The position numbers and the translations under genes were made by a program. The notes below the pieces were generated by a model that saw only the letters and a program-made list of their open reading frames with translations, was not told the origin of the DNA and did not search any database. From Raillietiella orientalis (taxonomy: Eukaryota), in assembly GCA_036172245.1 (NCBI GenBank), contig JAYWIR010000025.1, positions 2,170,001-2,234,000 on the forward strand: 64,000 bases of DNA, in the 5' to 3' direction. Below, piece after piece: positions 24,172 to 36,545 of the stretch; position 1 is the first letter of the stretch; each line of letters starts with the position of its first letter.

Positions 24172-27100
24172 GTAACCCGGAATGAGACCCAGGGTGCTGC
24201 ATGTCATTATAGGTAGTTCAGGATATAAACACGTTTACCAGGTTAATCAAAGATGCCCAGGATAATTATTACGCTTTGTTTAGGTAAGCTGCCCTTTGAA
24301 AAGCCCCGTTATTTGGTATGCGCGTGCTTTCCCCGTCTAAGGGTATAATTTAAGGATCTGCTCATGTCACGATACTCTGTCCTTTCGTATTCCGTGTCAG
24401 CAGATCGAAGGTGTTGGGTGAAAGTGCGTTATTCCCGCGTTGGGGACAAAACCCTCTCTTATCATTTGTGCATACGTCGCTATGCGAATTTCAGTATCGG
24501 AAGTTTTGTTTATTTAGCAGGTGTGTTGATTTTAAGTACCATACGTGAATTTGTTAAAGGGTAAGTAATGGTCATGGGGTTATTTTTAGGACTTTCAAAG
24601 TCTTGAAAGCTAGCGATTTTTCCGATGTCCTGCTGCAACATACGAAAAAGGTTTATTCTGCTATGAAAGAGCCGACTGCAGTCTTGAGAGTTTTGCACGT
24701 GGCCTTAGAGTCGGAAGAGCAGTTTGCTGTTACCCCGGAAGTGCCAGAAAGACATCAGATTACAAATTATTCGTAAAATCATTTTAAAAGGTTGATTGCA
24801 GTAATTTCTTATTTTTGGTCAGAGTTACGGCCATGTGACCTCATCAAGTGCATCGTGGTGGTGCTTAAAAGGGATAGAGCAATCATAGGAATAGAGGATT
24901 GCGGGACTGATTAGTAGACATTCACAGCAGCTTTGAGGCTGCAGGTTCCGTTCTCAGTTACATAATGAAGTCTTAGTGGAGTTACTGTTGGATAAAAAGT
25001 GCAGAAGCCGTTTCAGAGTTTTCTTTCTTTCCTTAAAACAAACAAACGTTATCCGAACCAGTCGTTTCTCCTTTGCCACTTGCACACGGCATGGATGTGT
25101 TTGCTTTTCACATGATTTTGTGACCAGATAACCCCCATTCCTGTCATCACAAAGGTTTATTACGATCCTGTTTGGATGATCTACTTTATTCTAGACTGTC
25201 GATTTCTGGATGAGGTCTTTCTCATAGTGTTCTTTTTTTTTTTTTTTTTTTTCACGTTAAGAATTTGTAAATACATTTCTTAATCGTAGATGTGAAAAGC
25301 ATAAATGAAATCCGTATACCGAAGCTATATACGGTAGAGTTCACAGCGGTCACAGTGGAGTTTAACTGTTTCTACGTCCAACGACGTTTTCCTGCCCTTA
25401 TATCTCTTCACAGTGCACGTTACATTGAACATTTTTTTTGGAAGCGGCTTTACGAAAGCACACCTCAATAGCAAATGCTGGGCTGATGCCACTTTCACTC
25501 TTTCCTTCTTCTGACCACAGTTCTAGAGCCACAGACGACTCGCTTTCTTGCCCTTCACTCTGCTGAATGAACAGACTGTGTCTGTGTGCGTGGAACGGCA
25601 GAGAGTTTTCGAGCAGTGGAACCCGCCTAACAAAGATGACGCCCTGGGAGGAGCATGTTTTGGTTTCCTCAAATTCAGCTGCCCTTGCTTTGATGATGCG
25701 TCGCCATGGTTTCATTTTCAAGTTTGGTGAAAGCAGCTGACCTTTCGTTTCACACGAGTTAGGGTCTATAAGTCGCTTACAGCCAAATTGGAAGCAGTGA
25801 TCTGGTGCTGTTTCTGCATAGAACTGAACAAAAGCGATCCCTTTTCTTTCCTTTTATCGAAGGCCATGTTCAAAATGTTTACCCATGAATAAGGATGTTT
25901 TCTTTAGCGTGCTATCGGCGAGGAAAACATCGGAAAACATTGCTGAACAGTTTTTGCAACATTGTGCTTCTCGTATGCAAATGTTTTTCTCCCTTCGTGC
26001 ACCATAGCCTCGAGATTTCGGGTGTAACCTCTCATGGACACCTAACCGTTGTCCTGGTTTTCCCACGTTTCGCGTGTCCTGTGCGTGGAATTTGCCTAAC
26101 CGCCGTGAGAAGAAAGCCCTAAGACTCCTTAAACCTTTGATCCTAACCGCCCTCGTTAAGGAATGGCATTGCCAAGAAATCTGCACTTCAATGTCCTTCC
26201 AAGCACGGAACTCCCGGTCTCTCCCTGATTGGCAGCCGGGACCTCGCAGCGAAGTTCCCGACACCGAGACGCATGCAGCGCACCTTCGAGGAATGCGATC
26301 GGGAATCCGCAACTGCGCACGCGACTGGGTCCCGCCCATCCCTCGAACCCAACTTACTGAAATCCCATCGGATCATCATCACTACGAGAGCGCTCCCTTC
26401 CACGCGGTGAACGCTAGGGCAATGCCCCTTTCCCTCCTGTCACACGCATGTCGCACATGCCCCAGGGAGAAATCACAAGCTGAGGCGGCACGTGGTCCTC
26501 ACACGGTTCGGCTGAACACTGCAGCATGGCGCTCCCCAGCACGGGTGCGGCAACCACAACAACCGTTGGCATCGAAGAGGATCGCTCTTCTATCCCTCCG
26601 GGATTCCGTACCACTGCTCCGACCCACGGAGGGAAGTGGCTAAAAACAAAAAAGAAGAAAAAAAAGGAGGACGCTTATGAGCCTCGATCCACGAATAAAC
26701 ATGTCATCTCTTCCGCCCAGTCTCAGCAACACTCCATCTTAACGCCCTTCTCTCCCTCACCTACTCGAACCATTACACTCGCCTTAGCAACTCCAGCGGT
26801 CCTGACGACTCCCCCCCCCCCTTCTCTTTCCTTCTCAACACAAGACGAGTTCCAAATGCGAGAGACAGGTTTGCCTTTGCGTGGGATCGACCCTGTCCCC
26901 GAGCTCCCCACCTTCCTCTCGCCTAGAAGAGCACTGAGCAAAAAAGGGACACAGAGAGCTCGCCTGCCGTCGACACCTCAGGAACACTGCCGCCGTCCAC
27001 TAACCCATGCTGCCCTGAGCTACTGTGCACATGGCGATGTGTTTTACTTCCTCCCCCCCCCCATTTTTCGCACGTTCTAAAAAAAACACACTCCAAACTT

Positions 27101-28049
27101 TGGCCTGGTTCAGGATCTAGAGCGACCTGCCTGGTGCCAACTCTCGCCCAGGGACCGCCACTCAAAAAAAAACAAAAACAGCGCGGTTTGAGAATTTCGC
27201 TCCAGGTCACAGAAATCCCGTCGTTGGCAACGACTTGCCGTTCCCACCGGTGACCGCAACCATCCACGTCCTCCCCACAGCTTTCAACTTTAAAGCGACC
27301 ATGAAGCGAACCGTAGGCGGGACGTAGAAGAGATATTAGGTGGCTCTGCCAGGCAACGTACGGTCGGACTTCAAACAATCTCTGCTGCTTCGCTCCGTCC
27401 TGGGATACGATGCTGCTGCTTTCCTGAAAGCAATTACTCCTGCTCGTCCCTGCGATCCTATGGACTTGGGACCCATTTCTGCCTCAGCAGGTTCCACATT
27501 GCCTCTCCTCGTGGGAAAACAATCCCCCCAGGGTTGATGGCATTCTTACCCCCCACCTCCACCCCAACGCGCCGAATTCCAACCTGCAGTGCTGTTCTAG
27601 CTTTTCAACGCCTGCCTCTCCCACCGACACTTCCCCAAGGTTCCTATTCGATCCTGATCCTTAAAAATCCTTCCGCTGACCAGGAATCCCTGGATGAATG
27701 ACTCCCTGCCATAGCGATAAGCATGTCGACGGACAAACTCCTTGCTAAATGCCCTGCCAAGAGACTGCGAAACCGGACAGTGCGTAATGGAATCATCCAT
27801 GCTCGGCGGAAAGGGTACCTCCCTTTCAGCGGCGCACTCAGAGCACAACTTTATCTTGTCCACTGTTGTTGCTGATCGAGGACGGCGGGCAAGGCCACGA
27901 ATCAGCGTGTGGGGTGGGTTGAGTTGAACCATAATCGCATCGCGATTTCCTCCATCCCTCACCAATGCCTGCTGGACGTCTTGAGTTTCTTTGGGGGTCG
28001 GTAAGGTATTCTCTGACGTGGCCTCGAACCTGAATCACGGCTTCAGTGG

Positions 28050-31000
28050 ATGAATGTAAGACAGGCAAGAAGAGCGGTCTTGGGAATTGTAGATACAAGA
28101 TGCTCGGTGGAAGTCCAGAAAGTTGAGAAGCAATTCGTGTCCCAGTACGACTCTGTCCTATTCATAAAGGATACTCCTTCCAGGAACCCGCTCCTTGGGA
28201 GAACATCAGATATCTCTCCGGTCGAGATGTGCCCCTTGTATCTGAAGAAGTCGGTTCAATAGTGAGGAGCGCAGAGAATTCCTCCCCGGGATTAGACGGG
28301 ATAGTCTATTCTGGCTGGAGATGGGTCGATCCCAAAGTGGCAATGCTGACCATTTTCTTCAAGTTATGTATCAAATATACAAAGATGTTGGAGAGCTGAT
28401 AACGGACAAGAACAATGCTCCCGAAATCTGAGACAGACTTAAATGACTTCGATGACTGGCGCCCAATCTCCATAGGAGAGCGCGTACATAGACTATACGC
28501 TAAATGCCTATCGAAGAGACTCGGATACTGGATGATAGATAGCGAAGTGATCCGTTCCCAGAAGGGATTTCTACCCTTTGATGGGTTTCTGGATCAAAAC
28601 TTCGTGCTGCAATAAGATTGGATGCAGCGCGCTGTCGCTCCAACGAACTATGCATTCTCTTTATAGCTAACGCATTCGACGGCAAATTACGAGCTGCTCA
28701 TAGATGCCCTGAATATCACTGGAGTTGGGGAAGAATTTCCTAAGATACTTCGAGATATATTTACCAGGATTCTCGGATATATATGCAGTTGTCACCAAAA
28801 ATCACTAGGAATTTTACTGTTCGTACAGGAGTGAAGCAAGGGTGTGCACTGAGCTCACTGCTCTTCCTCACTACAAGGGAGAGCTCATCCTCAGATGCAT
28901 TAGGAAACAGTTCTCTGAGGGCGTTCTACTCGCCTCTGCCGACGACCTGGTACTATTAGGAGAAAAAGAGGAAGATATGGCGCGACTACGCACATTCCTT
29001 ACGTTGTGTGAAGACGCAGGATTTGACCCTTTGAGTGCTATGGACGCATACGCGCGTCTTGCAAATGTTCTCACCTTACACAGCGACATACGTTAACACT
29101 ATCAATGTTTGAGATGGACACACACTTACGTTCTTATAATTCCCTTAGCAATGACAGTGAACAAAATTTCATTCATATCGGCTAACTATTTTCAGTTTTT
29201 CAGAGGGGCGACTCTGAGAAATATTATAATTGTCGTACATAATTTATCATATTGTCACATACTCAAATGAATTATTGATTTTATTGAAATTATAACTATA
29301 ATTTTTAAATAAACAATACATGTTTGGAAAAATGAAAATATCTTATTAATGTGGTGTGAACAAACAATTATCATATTAATACAGTAACTTTAATCAGCAC
29401 TTTATGTAGTCAGTCGGTGGCACCTCGGATAGAAGAGGAGGTACGCGAAGAAGCGTTCCGTCCACAGAGGTCGCCACTGCGACTCGCGTGCCGTCAACAT
29501 TGAAAGTTTAAACCTGATGAGTTCCGCACCCGAAGGATTAAATGCACAGTTTCTGGATAAAGCACAGAAAATATGCATCCTTCCATTATTCGGCCGAGGT
29601 GTCGAGAGGACTCCAGATCCATGAAGTTATATGCACATGATGAAGAAATTCCAAACCTTGGGTTATCGGATACCAGATGCTAAGTATCTAGAGAAGCCCT
29701 TCGGACTGGAACTCTTCAGTTCCCATCCAACGAAGGAGAAGATATTAGCCAAGAGTAAGATGATCATGAACTGTAGTCTCAGCCTGGAGTAAGATCCATT
29801 CTTTGAAAACCTTCTTCCAACCAAACCTCGTACACTTTTCAAGGCTAGGTGCACACCTCAAGAAGGATTGGAAATTTGCTGCATCAAAGTTCCTGCATCT
29901 CCATTCGAGAGTCACCAATGAATATTTATATGGTGAATGTTGAGAGGGATGTCTAGGTTTGATACGTCTGGTTGATGGAGCAGACAACTCAATAGATTCT
30001 TGCTTCAAGCTGCTCACATCACCAGACTATACAATTGGCCCGTGAGACTCCTCGAGAGGTAGTTCAAAGGAAACCTATGCACCACAACCACCCTCGGATG
30101 AGCATCTGGGCCTATTTATGCCCGATGCAACGTCCGGCATATTTGATAGGCGGAGTGGAGACATCGAAAGTCTTCGGACAACTGGGTGGAAATAAGTTGC
30201 ACGGTTAGGTGCCATCTGAGCCTTTCAAGATGACGACGTGTGTTGATCCATTGAGGAGATCTTCCAAGACTGCTCCTATTGCCTGTCTTACACGATAAGA
30301 AGGAAGCTGACCCCTAGTCTTCGTGTTTCGCAAAGACACTGTGGTCTGGCAATCCCTAATACTGAAATTTCCAGATCGGGAAGAGACAATGCGATATGTT
30401 GGACTGCACAGAGCATGCAGCTTTTTTATCACTTCCCAGGAGTACTTAAGATTTGCAGACTACTGATGTGCCCATGCTGCGAGATCTGACCTGTTCCCTA
30501 CACGACGCATTAAAGAAGAGCGAAGAACCGCTCATGCTGACATTGTGTCGTTTGGGACAAGACACTGCCTCACATTCTGTATCATTGTATAAGGCATTGC
30601 CGTCTATTGACCGCAAGACATGCCGCCATTGCGAAGAGGCTAAAAAATGCAACGAGGGCAAGATGAAAATTGACAGATGCGAACGAACGAGTTTTTGGTG
30701 TTGATTCCTTACTGCGTCCCAATCTGGTTCTACAAAATCGGAATAATATTGTCATCTTAGACCTTGTCTGCTCATTTGAGAAGGAGGAGTTTGCATTCAA
30801 GACAGCCTGCCAATGAAAAGAAAGCAAGTATGAGCAAAATGGCATGCAAATGCATTAAAATCCACGAGTTTGTGGTAGGTTTCCTTGGCACCTGGGATCC
30901 TCAAAACGATGCCGTCCTGAAGCAATTGGGAGTGCCAAAGCAGCATGCAGAGACAATCTTATGGATGCCTCAAATCTCCACAACCGAGGCATCTCCTAGA
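28050..31000 (+). mobile_element. Decayed Utopia-like (NeSL clade, RLE) non-LTR retrotransposon: RT, thumb, zinc knuckle and restriction-like endonuclease
   Basis: Ordered motifs: RQARRAV..C; SAENSSPGLDGIVYSGWRWVDP; DDWRPISIGERVHRLYAKCLSKRLGYW...RSQKGFLPFDGFLDQNFVLQ; GVKQGCALS; LASADDLVLL (YADD->SADD); KYASFHYS; KYLEKPFG; LKTFFQP...KKDW...RVTNEYLYG...IDSCFKLLTSPD; LRFADY; CRHC; LRPNLVL...ILDLVCSFE...KESKY; FVVGFLGTWDPQND. The N-terminal region may extend back to ~26100. Confidence 0.85.
29027..29537. mobile_element. piggyBac-type non-autonomous element (MITE) nested in the Utopia-like RT
   Basis: Left end ttga|CCCTTTGAGTGC and right end GCACCCGAAGGA|ttaa (degenerate TIR, TTAA-type target). 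AT-rich non-coding interior. RT motifs stop just before it (after SADD) and resume just after it (KYASFHYS). Confidence 0.6.
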
Positions 31001-31919
31001 AACATCGGCTCGGGCACCTTCCGCATAATGTTATTCCATTTCGGGAGTTGGAAATCACTTAAGACTTGCAACAACGTGGGATGATAGATGATGAAGATGA
31101 AATGGAACAGCAAAGTCCTCATTAAAATTGTTTTGCAGTAGAGGTGTTTGCAGACTCGTTATCGACTTGTGATCCATGCGTATTCTTTAAGATGAGTGAT
31201 GATAGTAACTTTATATCGTTTCAAATCCCAATTTCATAAATTAAATCTGCCTCAAATATTTTCGAGTTGCTAATATTTTCTTACCATTTGATGTTTGCTG
31301 CTACTCATAATGGTATTTAATTTACCTTATCCCTTCGCATCTGTGGCAGCTATCAAGTTGGAGAGATTTCCTTTTTAGATTCTTTGAGTGTTCGGTTTAA
31401 ATTGCTATTGTCTCTCCGATTCACAAGTTGACTCGTTTCAGATGCATAGTTTTCTTACTAGGTGCCTTTTACCTTACTCCAAATAAAGGACATGATGGAA
31501 GCAAACCTAGTGAGGATGCCAAGTATATCTTTATCCTTTAAAACGATACTCATGAAGTGGATCCGTTCAGTATTTATTGAAGAAACCCAATATTTTTCAA
31601 TATGAATAATTATTGATTGCAATAATTGCGTACACGAAAGCCGTTTTAAGAAAAATTTGCTATTAGGGAAATTGTTTTTTTGTGAGGAAGATGGCTCCCC
31701 TTCTTTCAGGATCCTTAAGCATCTCCGTTCAGAGTTGCGATCTGCGTACTTAAAAATCGTTTTGCGAGAAAAAAAAAAAGAGTCGGAGATTGGTTTCTTT
31801 TAGTAGCTAACATTCTGTTAATTAGTGCTCCTCTCATTTCATGTCAAACCCCACATAAGTCGTACTTTCATACTGTCATCATGACTAAGCTGTTCGTTAA
31901 CTTGAAGGAGCTACGGTTC

Positions 31920-32970
31920 TATTGGATCACAATAGAAAAGGAAAAGGGCAGCAATTTGATAAACCTTAGTTGAAATGCAACTAAAGTATTCAGCAGTAAA
32001 GCAAAGGCCGAGTCACTGCTTTTGTTTGCTCTATTTGGAAGAGCTGTCTTTCCCACTTCCGCAAATAGGGATACATTCTGCATGTTTGGAAGCAGAGTGG
32101 CAGTCAATTTTCCTTCCAGAATGCTTTGCTTAAATAGTCTTTCCACTCACAGAAATGTGTGCAGTTTCACAGATATATGAGCAAGTATTTACAGTTTTCT
32201 GTCCTCTCCTAGTTGGGCACCACCCGTACAGCAGCCAAGCATGAAAAGCAGTAACGTGCTATCGAAATCTATGTCACCAAAGAGACAACATATCTCCCTA
32301 TGGATTTCTTTGCCCGTATATAAACTGCTTCGATGTTCTGTTTTGTATGATTCTTCTGTGATTCCAGCTTCAATGTTTCAGTATCGTTTATGCAGTAGTT
32401 GTAATCCGATTTGACTTGCAGGATTTTTTTCATCCAAGTCCTGCCTTTTCTCAGTAGTGTATCAGCAGCTCCTATACTGAAGACACCAAGAGTCATTCAT
32501 TCTTTCCACCGTTGTTCCGCCGTAATGTAAGAACCAAAAGAACCAACCGATGTGCTTTCTTCGAGGTGAGAAAATCGTCTGAATGAGTCATACCACTTTT
32601 GTTTGCTTACTTTCTCTGCATTCTTCGAAACATCTTACCAAACTCTCGTATTCTTTCGCAATCTATTCCTCACTGATAAAGCTCTAATTAACAGACCGAA
32701 TGTCTAGAACCCATCCCACTTCCAAAGCTGAAGTCTGACGAGAGCTGCACACGTATGTAGTCCCGTTGGATGGGTGATTCATATATAAATCCCAAAGTAC
32801 TTCAGATTTGTTTGTACCAGCTGTAGTCATTATAGCCTCTGTCTGGGAGCTCCAAGCTTTTATTAGAACCATACTGCTTAAGAACTGATGGAAACTATGG
32901 CGACTATGATTTTCTAATTCTTCTACATGCTTCTTTTGGTCAAACAATGGTGCTGTAGTATCTTTAGCCA
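31920..32970 (-). other. Cluster of exon-like open segments, unidentified
   Basis: Three consecutive 75-95 aa protein-like minus-strand ORFs in AT-rich, TE-free DNA, with plausible AG/GT borders; no recognisable domain. Confidence 0.2.
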
Positions 32971-35900
32971 AATAAGACAGGCACTAAGTTTGCATTCAAG
33001 TATCATGTGAATTCCAGAAAATTGAAGTTATTAGCTAAGATTTAAGCGTTTTTTGTTCACCCTCTGTGAATAAATCTGTTCACTGTATTTCAGGTGAAAG
33101 ATGCTGTTGTGCAATAGCAGAGGAATCTTAGATCTGGGTTCCCTGATTTTGAAATTACAATCTCATTTACTGATTATAATCACAGTTTTGTTAGCATAAA
33201 GCTGAGTTCTGCAACATCACTCAGCTACTTTTCGTTCATATCACATTTAAAACAGTTGTTTCCTTTTGGATTAATTAGTAAGCTTTCTTGAATACCCTGG
33301 TTCATCTTTTATGCACGTATTTGCTGGCACCTCCTTTGGAACTTCTACAGTACACTTTAGGTGAGTTCTATGTACCAAGCTTCCTTGTTTTTGGGGGATA
33401 CTCACTTGAGCATGAAGATTAATTCGTTTCCTTTTCATATCTTCATCACTTTTTTCTTAGCTCCAAGCATCCAATCATTTTTGCATGCTGAAATTTTCTT
33501 TATTAGCAACTTATATTTTGGAAGGAGATTTCCTTTTCCTCTTCAAATTTAACAATCAGTCGATGTAAGAGACAAAATGATTGACTGTAGCCAGCATCTT
33601 GATGCTATTCTTATTCTTTAATTTCCTCATGTTTGGCTTACTTGATTTAGATTCGGAGAGGAGATCCACAGTTCCTCTGATCTCACAATAAAGGAATGCT
33701 TTCTTATTAAATGGTATTACAATAATCTGGCATCTTGATGGTTCTAGTAACTTGGACCCTAGTAATCTTTTGTCTTCAAGAAAGTGTTACAATGAATAAG
33801 TATTCATTTATACAAGACAGCCCTTCTCTCAAATACAATTTGAACAGCCTTAATTGTAATTCCAGCATTGTACAGCATGCAAATGTACTCCTAGAAATGA
33901 AACAAAAAGTAACCGAAGCTGATTTGAAAAATTTGGATGGCTAAAAGAAACAATTATCTTTTTTTGAGTTCAATTCAGAGGAAAAGGAAATGCCATGCAA
34001 GAATTTCTTATTCATGGGAAGAAACATAATCACTTAAGATGGTACAAAATTTTTTATTCTCCCTGTAAACAGAGGAAATAAAAACATGCATATCAATCTT
34101 AAATGGATCCAAGGTCTGATTCTGACCTGACTATGATTTGAAACCTCATAACATGCTGGCTTTTATCACTTTTATCTAAGTTCAACGATCTTTTCTAAAC
34201 CTAGTTTGGGTACTGCATAATATAATTAATATAGCATCCTTTTTATATCAGCCAATTCCCAACTTTGCTGGGTGAAAGATATTGTAGAGGAGTAATGTCA
34301 AATTTTAGTTTAATAGTGCACTAGTATATTTACTTGTGACTGTTATTTTCCAGTATGTATGACTTCAATCTTTTAGTTTTGCACAATAGAATTTCTCAAA
34401 CATGTGGAAGTGCTTTAGTTGCTACTGTAATCATCTTTCTATATGGGAAATAACTTAAAAATAATTTTCCTGCTCTCATCACTTAATATGTGCTTCTTGT
34501 CAAAATCTCATTTTTGTATTTCCAACCAAATGGTGTCTTAAGATTTTCACAAACTCATCATTTATTTGGTTGTTTTGTGCTGTTTTGTTTTATTCCTGTA
34601 ACCACAACCCTAAAAGGTATTCAACTACTGCATTTCATTTCTTATTACTTCATGCATTCCCTTAGATTCTTCTGGTATCATTTTAGATGTTGAAAAGTTT
34701 GTTTTTATATAAGTGCTGCAAAAATGAGTAAGCCAATTACGTAATTTTGTCCACAACTGTAGTATTTTCAACTCAGTTTTTGAAATAGTGTCATTTTCAC
34801 CAATTCAATTTGCACATGTAAACACCTGCGATATTTTCCCCAACGTTTTTATTGTAAATTTCTCCTGAATAATTAGTCATTTATTACATCCTGACATTGA
34901 TTTTCTTTTTCTTATTTAAAAGCTTCTATCTTGTTCCAATCTTCTTTTCTGCTGCAAGAGTTTCCAGTTTTGTCATAGGAACTGCAAAAGTGGTTCATTT
35001 GAGATATTCCTAGTGGCAACTACCAACCACTTGAAATGAATTTCATGACATCCAGGTCTACAACATCCATGAACTCAAAATGTCCCATGGGGAAATTTCA
35101 TGTTTTTGCAAGATGCATCCACTATGATGCAAACATAATTCATGCAGCACATACACAAATGAACCTACCCTGTTCCAACATTTGCAGTACATAGACTTAA
35201 CTGGGAAACAACAATGACAATGAAACACAGAAAATATGTGCATTATACATTTCCATAATGCAGAACCAAAATCTTTGATAGCCTCACAGATTCTCTTTCG
35301 CTTTAACTACATGAAATAAAGAATTCAGCTAAAGTATATGTTACTCTTCAAGTAAATCTTACTTTCAGTCATCATTCTTCATTTTAAGGCACTGGATTAA
35401 GAGATCAATCCTACAAGTATTGAGGCGTGCTGTTAGTGCTGCAAGTTTCCTAACTGATAACAAAAATTACATTAGTTACTCTATTATCATTACTTGGTCC
35501 AGCTGCTTGAATTGTTTTTGAAGCTTGTACCTGCAATAACAAGATCAAGAATTTCCATTTTGCATGGTTTCAATAGCAAAATTGCATGCTATCAAGAAAA
35601 GTTGAATTTTGATGTTTTATCCTTAGGAAACTCAGTAGTTAATATGCTTGTTTCTATGTTTCGTATTGCTTCTATGCAAAACCATTTTGACAGAAAAGGC
35701 TTTTGGGAATACATCCCTTTCCTTGTTCACAAGTCAGCTTTATATATGTCTTGTGCTGCAACCTAATTCATGAAATCTATCTATAAAGAAAATACAGTAA
35801 CATTGACTTTTGCTTAATTAAAAAATTACAACCGTCACAGAAGTTTCGCCTTCTATTAATTATTTATAAGAATTCATATTTATATTTGTTAGTATCGACA

Positions 35901-36168
35901 GCACACAATTCAGCAGGTATTTAACTCTTCCACAATCATGTAATATAAGGTTCTAGACTGTAATATAAGAGGGACAGCATAATATATGAGTAATGTAAGA
36001 GTATGTAATATAAGAGTGGCAAATTGTGTAAACTTGGGAGGATATGTTTTTCAAAAGGTACAGTGCACTCCCTATTTTACTTACATTCTAAATTTCTGAA
36101 GAAACAAGTTATTGTAGTCATATGCATAACTCATCAACACAGCTTTTAGCAAGAATTAGGAAAAGTAC

Positions 36169-36545
36169 CTGGGCAATGCCAGGACGCCGTATTCCAATTC
36201 TCATGATGCATACTGTATTAAGTTTTTGATTTGTTTTCCAGATATAACAGAAACAAACAACAAAAAAGGCTGCAAAGTAAAAAAATGAGGGGCTAAAAAT
36301 GCCATCGCAAGTCTTGAACAGAAGCAGATTAGTCATCACACCTAGCATTCCACCAAGTTCATGCATAGAGCCACTTACCACGCGAAACCACGTGCACAGC
36401 CTTCTAACGTGCTCGCCGTTGTCCCGCTGATATTCTCAGCACACACGTGCATTACCAACATGCTTTAGGAGAAAAGGAAAAAAATAAGCTTACCAAAGCA
36501 ATGAGGAGAAAATTTTCAACGTAAGTGAGGAGCTTAATGCTTTGA
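36169..36545 (-). CDS. Internal exons of a putative multi-pass membrane (7TM-like) protein
   Basis: Donors GTAAGC (36493), GTAAGT (36378) and AG|GTAC (36168); introns of 67 and 66 nt, the latter with a GACTAAT branch site. Phase-0 exons give ...KLLTYVENFLLIAL-RDNGEHVRRLCTWFRV-TCDGIFSPSFFYFAAFFVVCFCYIWKTNQKLNTVCIMRIGIRRPGIAQ (helix-loop-Cys-helix). Alternative splice models exist. Confidence 0.4.
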
